Of a stretch of 32,000 nt of DNA, positions 26,135 to 32,000 are shown in pieces. The notes beneath the pieces are model-generated. The model worked only from the letters and a program-made list of their open reading frames with translations. It was not told the origin of the DNA and made no database searches. The stretch's first letter is position 1, and each line of letters starts with the position of its first letter. The DNA is from Candidatus Syntropharchaeum caldarium (GTDB lineage Archaea > Halobacteriota > Syntropharchaeia > Syntropharchaeales > Syntropharchaeaceae), in assembly GCA_001766815.1 (NCBI GenBank), contig LYOS01000001.1, forward strand, positions 420,001-452,000, written 5' to 3'. The position numbers and the translations under genes were made by a program.

Positions 26135-26897
26135 GATCCTGTACAAAGGCACGAAGTCGTTCAAAATCCTTCTCATCACCCATGCCCTCTGATGCAACGT
26201 TGATGATCGCACTTCCAACAATCGCACCGTCCGCACCTGCTTTTATGACTTCTTCGACATGTTTGGGAGTTGAAACCCCAAATCCAACTGCTATCGGAAT
26301 TCTGCCATCTGCAATCTTCCTGACATGCTTTATGAACTCAACCGTACTCCTGTCAAGGTTCTCTCTTGCACCTGTAACACCGAGATGGGAGACAACATAG
26401 AGAAAACCCCTTGTATCCTCGATTATTCGATTCATGCGATCATCATCTGTTGTTGGGGCTACCACAAAGATCAGATCAATCCCATACTTTTCTGAAGCTC
26501 TTAAAAGATCGCCTGATTCTTCTATTGGGATATCAGGTGCGATCAAGCCTGAAACCCCCGCATCCACACAGTCTGAGAGGAATTTATCGATCCCACGCTG
26601 GAGTATGATGTTGTAGTATGTCATAAAGACCTTGGTTGTGCCCTTTATCTCGGATGCGATTCTGAAACAGTCATCCACTCTGATTCCAGATTTAAGTGCC
26701 CTGTCTGATGCCGCCTGAATCGTTGCACCGTCTGCTATCGGATCTGAGAAGGGGATTCCAAGCTCGATTATGTCAACCTCTTCTGCTACCGTTTTCGCGA
26801 TCCTGAGGCTCATCTCGAGGTTTGGGTCACCGCATGTGATATAACCTATCAAGGCGCCTTTTCCCTCAAGTTCATTGAATGTCTCGCTGATTGACAT
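26109..26897 (-). CDS. trpA: Tryptophan synthase alpha chain
   Basis: GYITCGDP, ELGIPFSDPIADGATIQ and GFGVSTPKHV are present. Length is 262 aa. Confidence 0.9.
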   Translation of the reverse strand: MSISETFNELEGKGALIGYITCGDPNLEMSLRIAKTVAEEVDIIELGIPFSDPIADGATIQAASDRALKSGIRVDDCFRIASEIKGTTKVFMTYYNIILQRGIDKFLSDCVDAGVSGLIAPDIPIEESGDLLRASEKYGIDLIFVVAPTTDDDRMNRIIEDTRGFLYVVSHLGVTGARENLDRSTVEFIKHVRKIADGRIPIAVGFGVSTPKHVEEVIKAGADGAIVGSAIINVASEGMGDEKDFERLRAFVQDLRRAAHHA

Positions 26898-26916
26898 CTT
26901 GGACAGAAACCCCCAA

Positions 26917-26989
26917 CGCCGCCAGGAGGACTCGAACCTCCGACATTCTGGTTAACAGCCAGACACTCTACCAACTGAGTTATAGCGGC
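26917..26989 (-). tRNA. tRNA-Asn (anticodon GTT)
   Basis: Hand-folded cloverleaf: acceptor GCCGCTA/TGGCGGC, D stem ACTC/GAGT, anticodon stem TCTGG/CCAGA with loop CTGTTAA, variable loop ATGTC, and T arm GGAGG-TTCGAGT-CCTCC. The discriminator is G and no CCA is encoded. Confidence 0.9.
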
Positions 26990-27059
26990 TCACATCCACT
27001 AAACTTTGTCATAAGATTTAAGGTTAACTCTATGGGGTGGGTGGAATAAGATGATTTAT

Positions 27060-27095
27060 ATATCTGAACGAGATGCATGGCGGTCGTTCAGATAT
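27060..27095. repeat. Perfect 12-bp inverted repeat (ATATCTGAACGA / TCGTTCAGATAT) with a 12-nt loop
   Basis: Seen directly about 70 nt upstream of the tRNA-Asn 5' end. A second imperfect hairpin follows at 27093-27120 (TATGC...GCATA). Confidence 0.6.
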
Positions 27096-27560
27096 GCCCG
27101 ATCGAACCGCGGGATGCATAACCTGATCAATCATGTATGTCAGGAAGTTATTTTGAGCCCGATTTAAAATGTTATTTTGATGTTTTTCATGGTGTATGGT
27201 TGTTATGCACATACCCTCCATCTTTGATGTTGATTAAGTTTATATACATGAACATGAAGATAGAGGGATGTAAACCAAAGGTTGGTATAGAAGGTAGTAG
27301 CGGATGAGGCGAGGGAAAGGTGTTTCAAGCATTGTAAGATCCATGTCACGAGGTAATGAAGGGGTAGGTAAGATATGGCATGATACATCCTCTTTGATGA
27401 CCTTGAGTGGCTGGATCCTGCACGTGCTTAAATGCCATTTTTCACGCTGTTCATCCGTTACTTTACTTTTATATCAGCTTTTGGACAAACAAAACCTGTC
27501 ATAAGCACGCTTAGGTTAAGTGTGCTATGATAAAAATTGAGATAGGAGGTTTAAAAAGAT

Positions 27561-30500
27561 ATGAATAGTAGCAAGAGATTGCTAACAATAGTGATTGCAG
27601 CGATGATGGTTACAACCATCTTTACAGTGGCGCTGACACCGACGATGGCGCAGCCATCAGACGGCGACACAGGTCCAGGTCCGCTACTTGGTAGCAGTGA
27701 TGTCTGCAAGGACTCGATCAGGCTCTACGGAACCTTTGGCGAGGGCGCTGGAAATCAGAGTGCTGTAGATCCAGAGACCGGCTTACAACCAGAGAACAAG
27801 CCGTACACGGATCCAGAGGCACCGTTCTTCCCACAGCATCCACAGGCACCGGTGAAGGACTTCATGACCTTTGACCCCGCGATCATGGACCACAACCAGG
27901 GCTATGATGAGCTTGACTTCTACCTCTGTGAGAGTGGACTGCAGGTTCAGCGCCCACAGGAGAAGGTATTCAAGCGGATGTGGTATGAGAAGGAGTGGTT
28001 CAAGGACCGCGACCGGGACGGCGACTGGGATGTTGTAATCCAGACACCAACCGGACTTGAGGTAAGGACACTTGATGAGTGGAACGCAAAGCCTGAATGG
28101 GAGAAGGTACGTGACCGAGAGAGCATCGTCGAGTGGAACAACCCAGAAGATCCAGCCGCACCTGCTGGTCATGATGTCTGGGATGCAGACGCCTATGGTC
28201 CGGCGATCGTGCAGGAGTTCACCTACATGACGGTGGATGACTGGAGAATGCCGATCATGGTAGAGAACGGAAGCAAGCTTCTTATACCGATGGCACACGA
28301 CCCAGCAAGTCCGTACAGAGGCTTGAACAGCTTCGATGCAGACCTTGATGGAGAGCGTGATGTTGTTGCGGTTGAGAGCGAGGCAACACTCGGCATGGAT
28401 ATCGACCAGGATGGTATCATCGAGTCCATGAACCCCGATGGTATCCCACTCAACGGCAATGAGACGGTTGTCTTCACACTCAGGAAGTACATGAACGCAG
28501 GAGACACACTCCAGTTCTTCGACCACAAGGTTACACTCAAGGAGGTCTTCAGCGCTGCTGATAATGCGATCTTTGATGTCTGTGACAACGAGGGTGGCGG
28601 CAGTACAAACTGTGAAGTGGACGTTCCGATAGCAGAGGGTAACTACGTGCTCTTCTACCGCGGTGCGATGAGAAATGAAGGAACGACCTTCTACGTGAAG
28701 CTGATACAGGCTGATTCAGGTGATGAGAAAGCGATCGTTGAGGTCGGACGAATGTTTGGTCAGACCCATGCAAACATAGGGGCTAACCTCTACTGGAACC
28801 AGAAAGCATTCATCGTGGATGAGGTACTCTACAGCGTGGCTGCGATCATGACAGGACCTATAGGTGAAGAGAACGGCGACTGCTTCAAGTACATCACGAT
28901 CCGCGAGAAGCTTCCAAAGCTCCCGATCAAGATCTATGGCAAGCATCTTGAGGTATGGGACATTGGTGAGATGCTTCCAGAGATGGCACCGTTCTGTGAG
29001 CCACACGAGGTGCTCGTTGATGTGCTGCCATACCAGTTCATACCACAGGATCAGCAGGATAAGATCGGTGAGAAAGAGCCAAGACCACCACTTAACATCA
29101 CGTACGACGAAGAGGATATCGAAGAGCGGTTCACAGGATCACTGCTTGAGATACTGGATGAGCCATATAAGCTTGGTCCGAACCGCATGGTTGACTCACT
29201 TGAACTCGATGATGAACAGTGGATGGTTGAGTGGTTCCACACATACCCAGAGCAGTACACAAACTTCATCATACCACCACAGGAGAGGGTACTTGTAACA
29301 CTCTCATGGAGGGCATGTGAGGCAGAGACAACGATCTGGGATAGTGATCCATATGAGCCAATCGATACCAAGTCAGGCGACCGTTTGAAGTTCTGGTACG
29401 AGGACTGCACAGGACACCTCTACGTCAATGAGAGCGACTCCTCGATCAGGCTCTACGGAACCTTCGGCGAGGGCGCCGGAGATCAATCCATACCCTGTGA
29501 GAACAAGCCGTACACGGATCCTGAGGCACCGTTCTTCCCGCAGCACCCACAGGCACCGGTGAAGGACTTCATGACCTTCAACCCCGCGATCATGGACCAC
29601 AACCAGGGCTATGATGAGCTTGACTACTACCTCTGTGAGGACGGACTGCAGGTTCAGCGCCCACAGGAGAAGGTATTCAAGCGGATGTGGTATGAGAAGG
29701 AGTGGTTCAAGGACCGCGACCGGGACGGCGACTGGGATGTTGTAATCCAGACACCAACCGGACTTGAGGTAAGGACACTTGATGAGTGGAACGCAAAGCC
29801 TGAATGGGAGAAGGTACGTGACCGAGAGAGCATCGTCGAGTGGAACAACCCAGAAGATCCAGCCGCACCTGAGGGTCACAATGTCTGGAATGCAGACACA
29901 TATGGTCCGGCGGTTGTGCAGGAGTTCACCTACATGACGGTGGATGACTGGAGAATGCCGATCATGGTTGATGCCGGAAGCAAGCTTCTTATACCGATGG
30001 CACACGACCCAGCAAGTCCGTACAGAGGCTTAAACAGCTTCGATGCAGATGGCGATGGCGCCCGTGATGCAGTGAGGGTTGAGAGTGAGAACACGCTCGG
30101 CATGGATATCGATCAGGATGGCGTGAATGAGTCCATGAACCCCGATGGTATTGCACTTAACGGCGATGAGACGGTTGTCTTCACACTCAGGAAGTACATG
30201 AACGAGGGAGACACACTCCAGTTCTTCGACCACAAGGTTACACTCAAGGAGGTCTTCAGCTATCCAGATGTTGCGATCCTTGATGTCTGTGACAACGAGG
30301 GTGGCAGCAGTACAAACTGTGAACAGGACGTTACGATAGCAGAGGGTAACTACGTGCTCTTCTACCGCGGTGCGATGAGAAATGAAGGAACGACCTTCTA
30401 CGTGAAGCTGATACAGGCTGATGCAAATGATAATAAGGCGATCGTTGAGGTCGGACGAATGTTTGGTCAGACCCATGCAAACATAGGGGCTAACCTCTAC

Positions 30501-31367
30501 TGGAACCAGAAAGCATTCATCGTGGATGGTGTCCTCTACAGCGTGGCTGCGATCATGACAGGACCTATCGGTACTTACGATGGTGACTGCTTCAAGTACA
30601 TCACGATCCGCGAGAAGCTTCCAAAGTTCCCGATCAAGATCTACGGCAAGCATCTCGATGTACTGGAGCCCTATGAGCTAATTCCAGAGCCAGCACCGTT
30701 CAGCGAGGATCACGAGGTGCTCGTTGATGTGCTGCCATACCAGTTCATACCACAGGATCAGCAGGATAAGATCGGCGATAAGATCGCACGACCACCACTC
30801 GAGATCTGGTACACCGAAGAGTCGATTGAGCCACGGTTCACAGGATCACTGCTTGAGATACTGGATGAGCCTGAGTGTCTCGGTCCGAACTTCATCCATA
30901 ACGACTACTGCTCGAGTCTTCTCAGCGAACAGTGGATGGTTGAGTGGTTCCACACATACCCAGAGCAGTACACAGCATTCGTGCTACCAGAGGGCGAACT
31001 CTACCTGATGACGCTTGCATGGTTTGCACCAGAGGCAGAGACAACGATCTGGGATAGTGATCCATATGAGCCAATCGTTACCAAGTCAGGCGACCGCGCG
31101 AAGTTCTGGTATGACCCAGCAGATCCGACGGATATCTATGTGACGAAGACAACTCAGACACCGCCACCGCCACCACCGACATGCAAAGGCGACTTCAACG
31201 ACGATGGCGTCATCAACTTCGATGACTTCGTGGAGTTTGCAGGAGCATACGGTTCTTCCAGTGGTGATCCCAACTACAACGCTCTCGGCGACTTCAACGA
31301 CGATGGCGTCATCAACTTCGATGACTTCGTGGAGTTTGCAGGCGTCTATGGCACATCCTGTCCGTGA
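27561..31367 (+). CDS. Secreted 1268-aa protein: two tandem ~570-aa modules of unknown function plus a Pro linker and a C-terminal dockerin
   Basis: A strong RBS AGGAGGT lies upstream and a signal peptide ends ...PTMAQP. The internal duplication and PPPPPP linker are visible. Two GDFNDDGVINFDDFVEFAG segments match the DxNxDGxIxxxD Ca-binding loops of dockerins. Confidence 0.9.
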   Translation: MNSSKRLLTIVIAAMMVTTIFTVALTPTMAQPSDGDTGPGPLLGSSDVCKDSIRLYGTFGEGAGNQSAVDPETGLQPENKPYTDPEAPFFPQHPQAPVKDFMTFDPAIMDHNQGYDELDFYLCESGLQVQRPQEKVFKRMWYEKEWFKDRDRDGDWDVVIQTPTGLEVRTLDEWNAKPEWEKVRDRESIVEWNNPEDPAAPAGHDVWDADAYGPAIVQEFTYMTVDDWRMPIMVENGSKLLIPMAHDPASPYRGLNSFDADLDGERDVVAVESEATLGMDIDQDGIIESMNPDGIPLNGNETVVFTLRKYMNAGDTLQFFDHKVTLKEVFSAADNAIFDVCDNEGGGSTNCEVDVPIAEGNYVLFYRGAMRNEGTTFYVKLIQADSGDEKAIVEVGRMFGQTHANIGANLYWNQKAFIVDEVLYSVAAIMTGPIGEENGDCFKYITIREKLPKLPIKIYGKHLEVWDIGEMLPEMAPFCEPHEVLVDVLPYQFIPQDQQDKIGEKEPRPPLNITYDEEDIEERFTGSLLEILDEPYKLGPNRMVDSLELDDEQWMVEWFHTYPEQYTNFIIPPQERVLVTLSWRACEAETTIWDSDPYEPIDTKSGDRLKFWYEDCTGHLYVNESDSSIRLYGTFGEGAGDQSIPCENKPYTDPEAPFFPQHPQAPVKDFMTFNPAIMDHNQGYDELDYYLCEDGLQVQRPQEKVFKRMWYEKEWFKDRDRDGDWDVVIQTPTGLEVRTLDEWNAKPEWEKVRDRESIVEWNNPEDPAAPEGHNVWNADTYGPAVVQEFTYMTVDDWRMPIMVDAGSKLLIPMAHDPASPYRGLNSFDADGDGARDAVRVESENTLGMDIDQDGVNESMNPDGIALNGDETVVFTLRKYMNEGDTLQFFDHKVTLKEVFSYPDVAILDVCDNEGGSSTNCEQDVTIAEGNYVLFYRGAMRNEGTTFYVKLIQADANDNKAIVEVGRMFGQTHANIGANLYWNQKAFIVDGVLYSVAAIMTGPIGTYDGDCFKYITIREKLPKFPIKIYGKHLDVLEPYELIPEPAPFSEDHEVLVDVLPYQFIPQDQQDKIGDKIARPPLEIWYTEESIEPRFTGSLLEILDEPECLGPNFIHNDYCSSLLSEQWMVEWFHTYPEQYTAFVLPEGELYLMTLAWFAPEAETTIWDSDPYEPIVTKSGDRAKFWYDPADPTDIYVTKTTQTPPPPPPTCKGDFNDDGVINFDDFVEFAGAYGSSSGDPNYNALGDFNDDGVINFDDFVEFAGVYGTSCP
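27714..31142 (+). repeat. Intragenic tandem duplication (unit 1 27714-29441, unit 2 29442-31142)
   Basis: The copy offset is 1728 nt at the start, 1707 nt after a 21-nt indel and 1713 nt after a 6-nt indel. For example, 27936-28164 is identical to 29643-29871 (229 nt). Confidence 0.95.
31188..31342 (+). repeat. Dockerin duplicated segment: 56-nt perfect direct repeat at a 99-nt spacing
   Basis: ggcgacttcaacgacgatggcgtcatcaacttcgatgacttcgtggagtttgcagg occurs at both 31188-31243 and 31287-31342. Confidence 0.9.
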
Positions 31368-31400
31368 AATGCGGACAGATGAGTTAATGAGGTGAAGACA

Positions 31401-32000
31401 ATGAAGGCAAGAATGACAGGGGCGGGCTTTGCAGCCCTCCTCTTAATATTTAGTCTCTTCGCAACCATTAGCGTGAGTACAGTCACAGCAGCAGGTCCTG
31501 AGGTCTATGTTAACCCAGCGTTAACTGAAGATCTCTGCCCGGGTGATACATTCACGGTCACGGTCGAGGTGGACTCCGACACATTCAACCTCAGAGCCGT
31601 TCAACTGGATCTGGTGTATGATACAACCAAATTCCAGGTAAACGGTGCTACTGTCGAGGATGATCTCTTTGGAGCAGGTAACTATCTGGATCTAAGCGAT
31701 CTCACAGACGACGGAGAGCTGAACCTCGCTATAGCCAGTACGAATCCACCCTACGGACCAGAATCTGGAACCCTTGTAACCGTAGAGTTTGAGGTGAAGG
31801 CCGGCGTTCCAGACAACACATACGCACTCGATCTGCAGAATGTCGTGCTCAAGGATGAGAACAACGATGACATTCCAGGTGTTACCGTAACCGACGGTGC
31901 GGCTGAGGTAGATTGTGGTGCACCACCAGCAGGTCCTGAGGTCTATGTTAACCCAGCGTTAACTGAAGATCTCTGCCCGGGTGATACATTCACGGTCACG
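31401..32000 (+). CDS. Cohesin-repeat (scaffoldin-like) secreted protein, 5' part (open at window end)
   Basis: Not in the ORF track because no stop is reached. ATG 31401 follows GGTGA. Signal peptide is MKARMTGAGFAALLLIFSLFATISVSTVTA. The module PEVYVNPA...DTFTVTVEVDSDTFNLRAVQLDLVYDTTKFQV...GTLVTVEFEVKAGVPDNTYALDLQNVVLKD has the cohesin pattern. A second module starts at 31929. Confidence 0.75.
   Translation, partial: MKARMTGAGFAALLLIFSLFATISVSTVTAAGPEVYVNPALTEDLCPGDTFTVTVEVDSDTFNLRAVQLDLVYDTTKFQVNGATVEDDLFGAGNYLDLSDLTDDGELNLAIASTNPPYGPESGTLVTVEFEVKAGVPDNTYALDLQNVVLKDENNDDIPGVTVTDGAAEVDCGAPPAGPEVYVNPALTEDLCPGDTFTVT
31491..32000 (+). repeat. Tandem cohesin-module repeat, period 438 nt
   Basis: The 72 nt gcaggtcctgaggtctatgttaacccagcg...ttcacggtcacg at 31491-31562 recur identically at 31929-32000, where the window ends. 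Confidence 0.8.

Noticed and set aside
27093-27125. T-arm-like string (minus strand GGTTCGATCGGG), considered as a tRNA fragment marking an integration site
   Set aside because: No cloverleaf can be completed, and it does not match the 3' half of the adjacent tRNA-Asn (GGAGGTTCGAGTCCTCC). It is kept only as a hairpin observation.
27783-30653. Long minus-strand ORFs (247, 210 and 207 aa, plus paired identical 64-aa ORFs) inside the duplicated gene
   Set aside because: They occur in pairs only because the sense gene is duplicated. The sense frame has a signal peptide, an RBS, a dockerin and consistent codon usage, whereas the antisense products are Cys/His/Leu/Val-rich nonsense.

Overview
Archaeal chromosome segment, most likely from an F430-using methanogenic or methanotrophic euryarchaeon of the Methanosarcinales/ANME type. 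This is inferred from cfbE-cfbD, cofG, archaeal trm1, a RaSEA-like radical SAM gene, a PGF-pre-PGF surface protein and a split methylmalonyl-CoA mutase; no rRNA is present to confirm it. The window has three blocks. (1) 1-5.65 kb is an AT-richer accessory island with every gene on the + strand: a partial ORF, a MazE/MazF-like pair, a RelB/RelE-like pair whose toxin is frameshifted in an A6 run, a 188-aa ORF with an R-x5-H (HEPN-type) motif, and a type II R-M pair. The gene units are separated by a family of ~80-95 bp imperfect palindromes that begin (A/G)TAAC and end GTTAT, which is attC-like. I read this as an integron-like cassette array whose integrase would lie left of the window. The island ends in six back-to-back perfect hairpins (5422-5569). 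(2) 5.67-27 kb holds core genes: a SAM-methyltransferase/trm1/cofG overlapping operon, a divergent PLP trans-sulfuration enzyme, and a two-gene surface operon (a 1327-aa sequon-rich secreted protein plus a 477-aa PGF-pre-PGF protein). It continues with a tightly coupled cfbE-cfbD-wHTH-pyrK-like operon, a CBS protein, an ArsR-like regulator, and methylmalonyl-CoA mutase large and small subunits. Last come two ABC-2 permeases (the first fused to a CPBP protease domain, no ATPase nearby), a RaSEA-like radical SAM gene, trpA and tRNA-Asn(GUU). (3) 27.5-32 kb encodes a 1268-aa secreted protein made of two ~570-aa tandem copies, with blocks of 100% nt identity, ending in a two-segment dockerin. It is followed by a gene, open at the window end, that encodes tandem cohesin modules. 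Together these are a candidate archaeal cohesin-dockerin surface-assembly system with an uncharacterised cargo domain. No CRISPR array, rRNA or transposase was seen.
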